Of a stretch of DNA of 18,894 nt, positions 1-8,716 are shown piece after piece (the stretch's first letter is position 1; each line of letters opens with the position of its first letter). The position numbers were made by a program, and so were the translations under genes. This DNA is from an uncultured bacterium (lineage in GTDB: Bacteria > Hydrogenedentota > Hydrogenedentia > Hydrogenedentales > JAEUWI01), in the NCBI GenBank assembly GCA_963977445.1, contig CAXBPH010000128.1, positions 1 to 18,894 on the forward strand, written 5' to 3'. The notes beneath the pieces were generated by a model. The model was not told the DNA's origin. It was given only the letters and a program-made list of their open reading frames with translations, and ran no database searches.

Positions 1-2
1 CC

Positions 3-1274
3 CAGCTTCGCGAACTGACCCGGCAGGCCTATGCGAATTGTCCTTACAATGATGAGCAATTGGCGACGGCGAAAAAACTGGAGGCGGAACCGAATATCGT
101 ACCCAGCACGGTCGGCGCGGGCTCGGTCATTAAACATGTCGTCTATATCATCAAAGAAAATCGCACCTACGATCAGGTACTCGGTGATATGCCCCAGGGC
201 AACGGCGACCCACGCATTTGTATCTTTGGCCGGGAGATTACGCCCAACCACCATGCCCTCGCCGAGCAATTCGTGTTGCTCGACAATCTGTACTGTGACG
301 CGGAAGTCAGCGTCGATGGACACCAATGGAGCAACGCGGCCTACGCCACCGACTTTACGGAAAAGATTTGGCCGGCCTCGTATGGCGGCAAGGGCAACGG
401 TCCCTTCACCGATGCGGGGACGCCGGCCTCGGGATACATGTGGGATCTCTGCAAGCGCAAGGGCCTCACCTATCGCAGCTACGGCGAGTTCGCCCGGCGC
501 TTGAGTGAAGGGGAACCCATGACTACCCTGGCCGCTGGCCTGGTGGGCCACGTGGCACCGAACTACCTGAGTTGGGGTGCCCGCGACACGGAGAATGCCG
601 CCGAGTTTATTCGCGAATTTAACGACTACGTGACGCACTACGACAGCGCCGACCCCGAAAAGCGCCTGCCCAGCTATACGGTCCTCGCCCTGCCCGAAGA
701 TCACACCAAAGGGGGGAGCCCCGGCCAGCCTACCATTCAGGCGGCCGTCGCCAGCAACGATCTCGGCCTCGGTATGATCGTGGAGGCCATCAGCCACAGT
801 CCCTATTGGCCCGAGACCGCCATCTTCGTCATCGAAGACGATGCCCAGAACGGCTCCGACCATGTGGATGCCCGACGGACGATTGGTTTCGTCATCAGCC
901 CCTACACACGGCGGGCGTCGGTCGATAGCACCTTCTACACGACCAGTTCCATGTTGCGGACCATGCAGCTCCTCCTGGGATTGCCGCCCATGAGCCAATT
1001 CGACGCCTCTGCCAACCCCATGTACCGCAGTTTCACCAACGTGGCCGACAACACGCCCTACACCAAGTTGGATGCCAACATCGACATCAACGCCCTGAAC
1101 GAAAAGACGGCCCTCGGTGCGCAGGAATCGCTGGAGATGGATTTCAGCACCTTCGACGAAATGCCCATGGACGAGTTTAACCGCATAATCTGGGCCCTCG
1201 CCAAAGGGCCGGATAGTGAGATGCCCTTGCCCGTGCACCGCTTTGTGGCCGCCAGTATCGTCGGTGGAGAATAA
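3..1274 (+). CDS. Phosphoesterase / alkaline-phosphatase-superfamily domain protein (C-terminal part of a probable YncE beta-propeller-phosphoesterase fusion), 5'-truncated
   Basis: Frame is open from position 3 (QLRELTRQAYANCPYNDEQL...), so the TTG at 60 is probably not the true start. Family motifs: IKENRTYDQVLGD, PNHHALAEQFVLLDNLY, VSVDGHQW, LPEDHT, EDDAQNGSDHVDARR. Confidence 0.85.
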   Translation, partial: QLRELTRQAYANCPYNDEQLATAKKLEAEPNIVPSTVGAGSVIKHVVYIIKENRTYDQVLGDMPQGNGDPRICIFGREITPNHHALAEQFVLLDNLYCDAEVSVDGHQWSNAAYATDFTEKIWPASYGGKGNGPFTDAGTPASGYMWDLCKRKGLTYRSYGEFARRLSEGEPMTTLAAGLVGHVAPNYLSWGARDTENAAEFIREFNDYVTHYDSADPEKRLPSYTVLALPEDHTKGGSPGQPTIQAAVASNDLGLGMIVEAISHSPYWPETAIFVIEDDAQNGSDHVDARRTIGFVISPYTRRASVDSTFYTTSSMLRTMQLLLGLPPMSQFDASANPMYRSFTNVADNTPYTKLDANIDINALNEKTALGAQESLEMDFSTFDEMPMDEFNRIIWALAKGPDSEMPLPVHRFVAASIVGGE

Positions 1275-1353
1275 AGAACACTTCCTTTTTCTCCACGACT
1301 CGCGTTTGCGGGGGCCCAGTTAGCGTGGCATTGTTGGCTACCTGGGTGCGGTT

Positions 1354-2757
1354 CTACTCCTTCAGCCCCCAACCGACATCTAGCCGGTCGGTGCCAAGTC
1401 CCCCGTCGTCGACGTAATTGGTCCCCACGCTGTAAACGCGAATTCCAGCGTCATCATACGAATAAAGATAGGGCTTGCCGGAAAAGGGGTCATTGTGCAG
1501 GACGTCGAGGTAGTCCGGCACCAGTGCCTCCAAGGTGTCTGGATAGCGGTCATGGTCTTGGTGGTATAGCTTGGTTGCCAGGGCGATTTGGGCGGTCCTC
1601 AGTGAGATTTCAGTGTCTATTACTTGCAGGAGTGAGCGCATCCCATTGGGAAGCATCATGCTCGCATAGGGCCCCATGCTGGAATCGGTGTCTTTGCTCA
1701 GTGTCTTTAATTTGTCGAGCAACGCTTTGTGTTCGTATGCGGGTACCGTTGTTGCGGTGACCATCAAGTTCATAACCCGAATATAATTGGTCGCGTAGTA
1801 GTCACGCAGGAAATAGGCAGTCAATCTTGATAGCGGATCTTCGATAACCACGACCACCGGACGAAGACGCCAGAGTGAATCAATCCCCGCAAGACGCTCC
1901 CATTCAAAGGCTCTGGTCAAATACTCGGGGTGAACGGCCTCCTCCAGCGCGCCACAAAATTCTCGTATTCCCTGCTCGGAATAATGGGCGTCTTCCTCCA
2001 CGAGTTGCGCCGTTTGCACGGCAATATTCCTGATCGCAGTCGCTATCATTTCATTGATCAAGGTATGCCCGGAATTGCTGACGTGATGGGCGATCTTCAG
2101 GATAGTCGCGGCGGTATGGAGCACCTCGTCGTCGTGTCCGTCCTTGTGCCACAGGATCGCCCGCAGGCCCAGTAGATTGGCGCCACCACGAAGCGCCAGA
2201 AGATTTGGAACCGCATACATGACGAAGAATTCGTTGGGGTCGTAGTTGTTGGCAATCCAGGTGCCGAGCCTCGGTACAGGTGCATTGCCTATGGCTATCA
2301 ATTCTTCGATGAGGGCGGCATTTCGAGCGCAGGCATCCCGAACACCCGCTTCTACCTCCGGGTTCCAGTTTTCCAGAATCCGGGGCGGGTTAATAATTAA
2401 CGCCTCCCCTAGAATTTCCATACCACCGGCCAAGACGGGGGCATCAAAGTCATCCGGCGTCAAGCCCATGAAGAAATCAACAACCCGTTGGCCTTCCACA
2501 TCTTCTTCGGCCCCACCGACGTCGGCGCTCTCCAGAAAGTCATCCACCGTGACGAAAGCACTTTCCGCCTTCAGATTCGCCAATTCCGTCTCCAGCATAT
2601 GTGCGAAATGAACCGTCAGGTAACCGAATGCCGCGAGCAGGACCAGGGCAGCGCTAACGACGAACGTCCCGAGACGTAGCCACATTCGTTTCAAATTGAT
2701 GCTACGTTTTCCCCCGGTGCTGGCAGACTTTTGGAAGAGTTTTGGTATCATTGGCAA
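1354..2757 (-). CDS. Hypothetical membrane-anchored alpha-helical protein with GspG/pseudopilin-like C-terminal motif
   Basis: 467-aa ORF (alternative ATG at 2751). Basic N-terminus, one TM segment (LGTFVVSAALVLLAAFGYL), C-terminus ALATKLYHQDHDRYPDTLEALVPDYL..DPFSGKPYLY..YSVGTNYVDDGG resembling the T2SS G C-terminal signature. Confidence 0.75.
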   Translation of the reverse strand: MPMIPKLFQKSASTGGKRSINLKRMWLRLGTFVVSAALVLLAAFGYLTVHFAHMLETELANLKAESAFVTVDDFLESADVGGAEEDVEGQRVVDFFMGLTPDDFDAPVLAGGMEILGEALIINPPRILENWNPEVEAGVRDACARNAALIEELIAIGNAPVPRLGTWIANNYDPNEFFVMYAVPNLLALRGGANLLGLRAILWHKDGHDDEVLHTAATILKIAHHVSNSGHTLINEMIATAIRNIAVQTAQLVEEDAHYSEQGIREFCGALEEAVHPEYLTRAFEWERLAGIDSLWRLRPVVVVIEDPLSRLTAYFLRDYYATNYIRVMNLMVTATTVPAYEHKALLDKLKTLSKDTDSSMGPYASMMLPNGMRSLLQVIDTEISLRTAQIALATKLYHQDHDRYPDTLEALVPDYLDVLHNDPFSGKPYLYSYDDAGIRVYSVGTNYVDDGGLGTDRLDVGWGLKE

Positions 2758-2861
2758 TGCCCCATGGTGAAAATGCCAATCCAGTTTCCTGGATATTTGA
2801 TAACGTCATGATAATAGCAATCCCAACCCAGTTCAATGTGCCCACCTTGCAATGAGCACCA

Positions 2862-2888
2862 GCCCATGCCGTCCATGCCGTCCATGTC
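2862..2888. repeat. Three tandem 9-bp units (gcccatgcc-gtccatgcc-gtccatgtc)
   Basis: Read directly; intergenic. Confidence 0.7.
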
Positions 2889-2948
2889 GACGTTCCAACA
2901 ACGATGTCCGTCCAGGCCGGACCACTTGGTATCTCATCGCGGGCGAAA

Positions 2949-2975
2949 GTGGGTTAGGCATCTTGCCTGACATAC
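2949..2975. repeat. Solo REP-like motif (gtgggttaggcatcttgcctgacatac)
   Basis: Small hairpin aggca-tct-tgcct; resembles both arms of the 9838-10032 inverted pair. Confidence 0.4.
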
Positions 2976-3240
2976 ATATCCGCAGCATGTAGAGACACCA
3001 TTGTCCGGCGTCGTTTCCTTGGGATTTCAAGGGAAACGCCCCGGTTCAAGTCCACGTTGAAGCGTTGCGTGTGCATTGCCTCAGCCTGGAAGGCCAAGCC
3101 ACTTTGGTGGGCATTGCAGATACACGGCAGAACTACCTGCAACCGAATCGTGAAAGCCTCGCACGCCCAACGACATGCGTTAGTTCGCACCTATGTTTCA
3201 TCTCCATCCCGCGCCACCAGATGGATTTCGCCTGTGAATC

Positions 3241-4668
3241 TCAAGCCAATACCTTTTCCACGACATTCCCCGCCACGTCGGTGAGTCGGATATCACGGCC
3301 CTGATGGCGGTAGGTCAAGCGTTCGTGGTTGATGCCGAGGCAATGTAGAATGGTCGCCTGCAAGTCGTGGACGTGGATGGGGTCTTCGGTAATCTGAAAT
3401 CCCAGTTCGTCGGTGGCGCCTACCACGGTGCCGGGCTTGATGCCGCCGCCGGCCATCCACAGGCTGAAGGCGAAGGGGTGGTGGTCGCGCCCTTCTTGTC
3501 CCGGTGTGTTGCCACGGCGAATCTCGTTCATGGGGGTGCGGCCGAATTCGCCGCCCCAGATGACCAGGGTTTCGTCGAGCAGGCCCCGTTGCTTGAGGTC
3601 CTTAATCAGGGCGGCGCAGGGCTGGTCGGTCATGGCGCAGTTAATCTTCAGGTTCTTGTTCAATTCCGAATGGTCGTCCCACGTGGAGTGGTAGAGCTGG
3701 ACGAAGCGTACACCCCGCTCCACCATGCGCCGTGCCATGAGGCAGTTGGTGCCGAAGGGCGTGGTCGTGTCCTTGTCGAGTCCATACATGGTTTTTGTGG
3801 CCTCGCTCTCATCGGAAAAATCCATGAGCCCCGGCACAGAAAGCTGCATATTGAAGGCCATTTCATAGGATGCAATGCGCGACGCGATTTCCAGGTCTCC
3901 CGTTTGCTCCAGGTGGTGGGCATTGAGGTCGCCGAGGGCGTCGATGCGGGCCCGCTGTGACTCGGCGTTTACGCCCTTGGGATTGTCGAGGTAGAGAACG
4001 CCCTCGCCGTCGCTGCGGAAGGTGACACCCCGGTGGGAGGCAGGCAGGAAGCCGTTGGACCAGTTGGAGGAGCCGCCGTCGATGCCCTTGCCCGAGTCGG
4101 AAGTGAGGACGACAAAGCCGGGCAGGTTGTCACATTCACTGCCGAGGCCATAGCTCACCCAGCTTCCCATGGCGGGGTGTCCGAATCGGGGCACGCCGCA
4201 GTTCATGAGTAGCTGAGCCGGGTGATGGTTGCTCACGTCGGTGTGCATGGAATGGATCATGCAAATTTCATCCGCGATGGAACCGGTGTGGGGCAGAAAG
4301 TCGGAAAACTCCATGCCGCTCTCCCCGTAAGGCTGGAAGGTGCGGGGGCTGGCGAATACCTGGGCCGTGCTCTTCATGAGCTGATCCTGGAGGCCCTTCA
4401 TGAAGTGTTCGGGCACGGGCGTGCCGTGCCATTTCGTCATGATGGGCTTGGGCGCGATGAGATCGTATTGGGAAGGCGCACCAGCCATGAAAAGGTAGAT
4501 CACATTCTTCGCCCGGGGCGCAATATGGGGCACGAGGGACTCCAGCGCCTGGGCCGCCCGCCCTTCCCGGGAGAGGAGGCCGTGGAGCGCGATGGTGCCG
4601 ATGCCGCCCGCGCAGGAGCGGAAGAAATCTCGGCGGCCTTGAATATCTCGGTAATGAGCGTGGTCCAT
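3241..4668 (-). CDS. DUF1501 domain-containing protein with Tat-like signal
   Basis: N-terminal GRRDFF twin-arginine motif; AKNVIYLFMAGAPSQYD, CLMARRMVERGVRFVQL, WDDH, LLDETLVIWGGEFGRTP, GRDHHP, HVHDLQATILHCLG are typical DUF1501 motifs. 4 bp downstream of the PSD1 gene. Confidence 0.93.
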   Translation of the reverse strand: MDHAHYRDIQGRRDFFRSCAGGIGTIALHGLLSREGRAAQALESLVPHIAPRAKNVIYLFMAGAPSQYDLIAPKPIMTKWHGTPVPEHFMKGLQDQLMKSTAQVFASPRTFQPYGESGMEFSDFLPHTGSIADEICMIHSMHTDVSNHHPAQLLMNCGVPRFGHPAMGSWVSYGLGSECDNLPGFVVLTSDSGKGIDGGSSNWSNGFLPASHRGVTFRSDGEGVLYLDNPKGVNAESQRARIDALGDLNAHHLEQTGDLEIASRIASYEMAFNMQLSVPGLMDFSDESEATKTMYGLDKDTTTPFGTNCLMARRMVERGVRFVQLYHSTWDDHSELNKNLKINCAMTDQPCAALIKDLKQRGLLDETLVIWGGEFGRTPMNEIRRGNTPGQEGRDHHPFAFSLWMAGGGIKPGTVVGATDELGFQITEDPIHVHDLQATILHCLGINHERLTYRHQGRDIRLTDVAGNVVEKVLA

Positions 4669-4672
4669 GGGG

Positions 4673-7237
4673 CTATTCCTTGGTATTAAACTCGTCCAAA
4701 TTCAAAATGACACTGCACACCATGACCCACGCGGCGCTATCGCTATCGGCGGGCAGGGATTCGAAGTTGCCCACGATGTCGGGCACCCGTTCCGACTGGT
4801 GGATCAGCCGTTCTTTTTCCTCCCCATGGAACTGATGCAGTCGCGCCCGTTCTGTTTCATCAGGCAGGCGCGCGACGCAGCGCAGGAAGGCCTGGTCCAA
4901 TCGCTGGTCCAAGGTGACTTGGCCCAGCGTTTCCTGGGCGAGACTCCGGGCCGCGTCGAAAAAGGTGACATCATTCAAGAGGTTGAGGGCCTGGAGGGGC
5001 GTGTTGGATCGCTCCCGCCGGGTGCAGGCCCGGTTGGTGTCGGGGAAATCGAAATTGACGGACTGGCCAAAAGGCGACGTGCGCTGTATGAAGGTGTAGA
5101 GTCCCCGGCGATAGCGGTCCGGCCCTTCTTCCGCCACCCAGGTCTGGTCGAAGGCTTCCTTCGTCACACTGTCGGGTTGAGGGGGGCGCACGCTGGGTCC
5201 GCCGATGGCCCGATGGAGGAGGCCGCTCGCCGCGAGGGCATTGTCCCGTGTGATTTCCGCGGACAGGCGCATGCGGTTCTGGCGCGCAAGGAGGATGTTG
5301 GCGGGATCGCGCTGGCGCAGCTCGGGCCGTGCGTCGGAAGACTGGCGGTAAGTGGCGGAAAGGACCATGGTCTTGAGGAGGGCCTTTATGTCCCAGCCGC
5401 TATCCACGAAAGTGACAGCAAGCCAATCGAGCAAGTCCGGATGGCTGGGTCGCGCACCCCGGACTCCGAAATCGTCGGACGTGACGACAATGCCCCGGCC
5501 AAACAATTCTTGCCAGAGCCGGTTCACCGTGACCCGGGCCGTGAGGGGGTTCTGGCGGTCCACGATCCAACGGGCCAGGTCGAGGCGGTCGGGCGTACCG
5601 TCCGATTCGAAGGCGTGGAGTATTTCCGGCGTGCCGAGATCGACGGCCTCGCCCGGGACGCGGAAGTCACCTCGGTGCATGATGGTGGTGGGCCTGAGTT
5701 CCCGACTGGCGCGCATGGTGGGCGCGCGGCTCATGGGCGGCAGGGCCTTCTTCAGTTCGTCAATTTGCGCGACCAGTTCACGGACTTTCAGCTCAGAGAA
5801 GCGGGTCTCGTTGACGAGACTCCCCCGGGCGAAGAAATAGTCCTGCAATCGAATGCGCTCTTCCACCGTCCGCTCCGCGATGGGCTTGCGCGAAATGTAG
5901 GTACCCTCCAGTTGGCCTTCGCCATAGCTCTGGCCCCAGACCAGGCCGAGCACTTCCCAGGCACGGTCCCAGTGATAATTCCCCTCGCCAGGATGATCGG
6001 CAGCCCACTGGGCCTTTTCTTCCCATTGGGCCTGGAGATCGGCGAGTTCTGTCGCGACCGGTTCGAGGAGCGCTTCCCGGGCCGCCACATAAGTCGCCCA
6101 GGCGGCCTCATAGGCTTCGCGCTGACCGGGGAGGGGCGCATCGATATTTACTTCGTCGGCATTGTTGAAAAAGGCGTAAAACTGATAGAACTCGCGCTGA
6201 GAGATGGGGTCATACTTATGATCGTGGCATCGGGCGCATTCCAGCGTTTCGCCGAGCCATACCGTGCCCACCGATATGACCCGCTCCGTGGTCTGCATGA
6301 CGCGATACTCTTCGAGGTCGGCACCGCCCTCGCGATTGGCCAGCGTATTGCGAAGGAATCCCGGACCCATCTTTTCCTTGATGGTGCCATCGGGCACCAG
6401 GTCGCCCGCGATTTGTGCGATGGAAAACCCATCGAAAGGCATGTTTTCATTCAGCGCGTCCACCACCCATTGGCGATAGCGCCACGCCTGGGGCCGATGA
6501 AAGTCAGACAGGAAGCCATCGCTGTCCGCGTAACCCGCGAGGTCGAGCCACCACCGGGCCCACTTTTCGCCAAAGTGGGGCGAAGCCAGGAGCCCATCCA
6601 CGGCGCGGTCATAGGCATCGGGGCGATTGTCGAGCACGAAGGCTTCGACGGCCTCCGGCGATGGGGGCAAGCCCGTAAGGTCGAGGGACACACGCCGCAG
6701 CAAGGTGCGCCGATCCGTTTCAGGAGATGGCCCGGTGCCCGCCTCTTCCAATCGGGCCAGGGTAAAAGCATCAATTGGATTTCGGACCCAGGCGGCATCC
6801 GATATCTGGGGCGTGGCAGGTAGTTTCGGCGCCACATAGGCCCAATGGGTTTCCCACGTGGCCCCGCCATCGATCCACGCGCCGAGACGTTCGATCGCTT
6901 CCAACGAAAGTTCATCGCCCGTCTCCTCCGGGGGCATGCGGTCATCGCCCGTGGCGGTGATGCGCTGGAAAAGAGCGCTCGTGTCGCGATTTCCTGGCAC
7001 GATTGCGGCGACGCCCGATTTCAACAGACTTCGGGCACCTTCTTCCGTATCCAGCCGAAGGCCGCCTTTTCGCGTGGCGCTGTCGGCCGCGTGGCACTTA
7101 AAACAGTGGTCGGCGAGTAGGGGGAGGATGTCGCGGTTGAAGCGAAGTGGCGGAGATGGGGTATCCGCCATGGCCAGCGGATATTGGACCGTCGCCAGAA
7201 AAAGGATAAAAGCCAAGATTCCCGTTGTTTTTCTCAC
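4673..7237 (-). CDS. PSD1 and planctomycete cytochrome c domain-containing protein (PSCyt1-DUF1549-DUF1553)
   Basis: GTG start with GAGGT RBS; signal peptide; FNRDILPLLADHCFKCH, NPIDAF, LLRRVSLDLTGLPP, WWLDLAGYADSDG, ECARCHDHKYDPI, NPLTARVTVNRLWQELFGRGIV, HPDLLDWLA, SNTPLQALNLLN; two CxxCH motifs. Confidence 0.93.
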   Translation of the reverse strand: MRKTTGILAFILFLATVQYPLAMADTPSPPLRFNRDILPLLADHCFKCHAADSATRKGGLRLDTEEGARSLLKSGVAAIVPGNRDTSALFQRITATGDDRMPPEETGDELSLEAIERLGAWIDGGATWETHWAYVAPKLPATPQISDAAWVRNPIDAFTLARLEEAGTGPSPETDRRTLLRRVSLDLTGLPPSPEAVEAFVLDNRPDAYDRAVDGLLASPHFGEKWARWWLDLAGYADSDGFLSDFHRPQAWRYRQWVVDALNENMPFDGFSIAQIAGDLVPDGTIKEKMGPGFLRNTLANREGGADLEEYRVMQTTERVISVGTVWLGETLECARCHDHKYDPISQREFYQFYAFFNNADEVNIDAPLPGQREAYEAAWATYVAAREALLEPVATELADLQAQWEEKAQWAADHPGEGNYHWDRAWEVLGLVWGQSYGEGQLEGTYISRKPIAERTVEERIRLQDYFFARGSLVNETRFSELKVRELVAQIDELKKALPPMSRAPTMRASRELRPTTIMHRGDFRVPGEAVDLGTPEILHAFESDGTPDRLDLARWIVDRQNPLTARVTVNRLWQELFGRGIVVTSDDFGVRGARPSHPDLLDWLAVTFVDSGWDIKALLKTMVLSATYRQSSDARPELRQRDPANILLARQNRMRLSAEITRDNALAASGLLHRAIGGPSVRPPQPDSVTKEAFDQTWVAEEGPDRYRRGLYTFIQRTSPFGQSVNFDFPDTNRACTRRERSNTPLQALNLLNDVTFFDAARSLAQETLGQVTLDQRLDQAFLRCVARLPDETERARLHQFHGEEKERLIHQSERVPDIVGNFESLPADSDSAAWVMVCSVILNLDEFNTKE

Positions 7238-7342
7238 ACGCTTACCTCGTGGATACGATCACGCCGCCCATAAATATCACTACCCCATACGGTACAGGGC
7301 GCATTGTGGAAACACAACTCTTCAATCTGCATTTTCAGGGGC

Positions 7343-7377
7343 TTGTAAAATCAGTAAAATCAGTATACACTGATTTT
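7343..7377 (+). promoter_or_regulatory. Sigma70-type promoter with overlapping palindromic operator upstream of the hgcC-like/arsM operon
   Basis: TTGTAA (7343-7348) N17 TACACT (7366-7371). Perfect inverted repeat AAAATCAGT-atac-ACTGATTTT (7356-7377) plus direct repeat GTAAAATCA x2 (7345-7362), in an AT-rich patch. Confidence 0.7.
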
Positions 7378-7403
7378 GTGATGATATTGGAAAGGATAGA
7401 ACA

Positions 7404-7679
7404 ATGAAAAAAGATGGTTGTTGCGGCGGGGAATCAGATTGTTCCATGGGTGGATTCAAGGTGGAGGCCATCGTCAGTGTGGATGAGCGTGGCCAGATGA
7501 TCCTCCCGAAGGAATTCCGGGCCCGGGCCAACATTGAAGCCGGTGAAAAGCTGGCCTTGGTCAGCTTTGAAAACAACGGGGCTTTCTGCTGCATGTGTCT
7601 GATAAAGACCGAGGCCCTCGCGGGTATGGTCCGCGAGCATCTCGGTCCCATGATGAACGAACTCGGCCAGACTTCCTGA
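7404..7679 (+). CDS. hgcC: Cys-rich AbrB/MazE/SpoVT-fold protein resembling HgcAB-associated protein HgcC
   Basis: AAGGA RBS; AbrB signature VSVDERGQMILPKEFRARANIEAGEKL; N-terminal CC...C and internal CCMC; KVEAIVSVDERGQM..CC..LIK..L.GMV...LGP matches the HgcC family as I recall it. hgcAB is not in the window. Confidence 0.78.
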   Translation: MKKDGCCGGESDCSMGGFKVEAIVSVDERGQMILPKEFRARANIEAGEKLALVSFENNGAFCCMCLIKTEALAGMVREHLGPMMNELGQTS

Positions 7680-7709
7680 ACCCGTCTGTCCGCTAAAGGA
7701 GCCAACCCA

Positions 7710-8540
7710 ATGGAAGCGACGAAGATACACGAAGAAGTCCAGAAGCAATACGGGAAAATTGCGAAAGCGGGCAGCAGTTGTTGTGGCGGCTGCGGATGTG
7801 CCCCACCGGACGAGGCGGCCCGAAACGTGGGGGCCAACATCGGGTATAGCGATGCGGAGATGGATGCCGTACCCAAAGGGGCCAACCTGGGTTTGGGCTG
7901 TGGAAATCCCACGGCACTGGCCTCCCTGAAGGAAGGCGACACGGTGCTGGATCTTGGCTCCGGGGCGGGCTTTGATTGTTTTCTGGCGGCGCGGGAAGTG
8001 GGCGAAACAGGGCGTGTTATCGGTGTGGACATGACGCCCGCCATGGTTGCGCGCGCCCGGGCCAATGCGGACAAAGGCGGTTACGGAAACGTGGAATTTC
8101 GTGAGGGCCATATCGAAGCCCTGCCGGTGGAAGACAATAGCATCGACGTAATCATTTCCAATTGTGTAATCAACCTCTCACCGGACAAGCCACAAGTCTT
8201 TCGTGAAGCCTACCGCGTCCTGAAACCCGGGGGCCGCATCTTTGTCTCCGATCTGGTGTTGTTGAAGCCACTACCAGGGCTGCTTCGACGTTCTGTGGCG
8301 CTCTATGCGGCCTGCATCGGTGGCGCACTTCCCAAGGGAGCCTATCTTGATGCCATGGGGCAGGGAGGCTTCGAGACGGTGGAGATTCTTGGCGAATCTG
8401 CCTACGCCATAGACAATCTAGTGGCAGACCCCAGCGTGGGGCACGTCGCCCGCCTGGTGGCGCGGGTGCCCTACGTCAAGCGACTGGTGGCCTCTGTGGT
8501 GAGCCTGAAAGTTAGTGCGACCAAGACATCGTGCCCGTGA
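7710..8540 (+). CDS. arsM: Arsenite S-adenosylmethionine methyltransferase
   Basis: AAAGGAG RBS; N-terminal CCGGCGC, ANLGLGCGNP, SAM motif VLDLGSGAGFD, GVDMT, VIISNCVINLSPDK, AACIGGAL (conserved ArsM cysteines). Confidence 0.92.
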   Translation: MEATKIHEEVQKQYGKIAKAGSSCCGGCGCAPPDEAARNVGANIGYSDAEMDAVPKGANLGLGCGNPTALASLKEGDTVLDLGSGAGFDCFLAAREVGETGRVIGVDMTPAMVARARANADKGGYGNVEFREGHIEALPVEDNSIDVIISNCVINLSPDKPQVFREAYRVLKPGGRIFVSDLVLLKPLPGLLRRSVALYAACIGGALPKGAYLDAMGQGGFETVEILGESAYAIDNLVADPSVGHVARLVARVPYVKRLVASVVSLKVSATKTSCP

Positions 8541-8716
8541 TTTGGCCTGAGCGATTAGTGCGTGTCCGGTTCGTCATATGTTTTTGAGATGAGAGAGGAG
8601 AAACCCCGCTGCCCGGAGGGGATCCATCAGAGGTATGTATCGAGTGCCCATAGCGAAAGCCATCGCCCGAAGCGTACAATGGCTCCTTTCTACAGGTTCG
8701 TCACGGAAGGATAGTT

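Noticed and set aside
4667..6823. 718-aa + strand ORF
   Set aside because: Antisense shadow of the PSD1 gene in GC-rich DNA; no recognisable motifs.
7404..7679. MazE/VapB antitoxin of a toxin-antitoxin pair
   Set aside because: The downstream gene is arsM, not a toxin; the Cys clusters point to another role.
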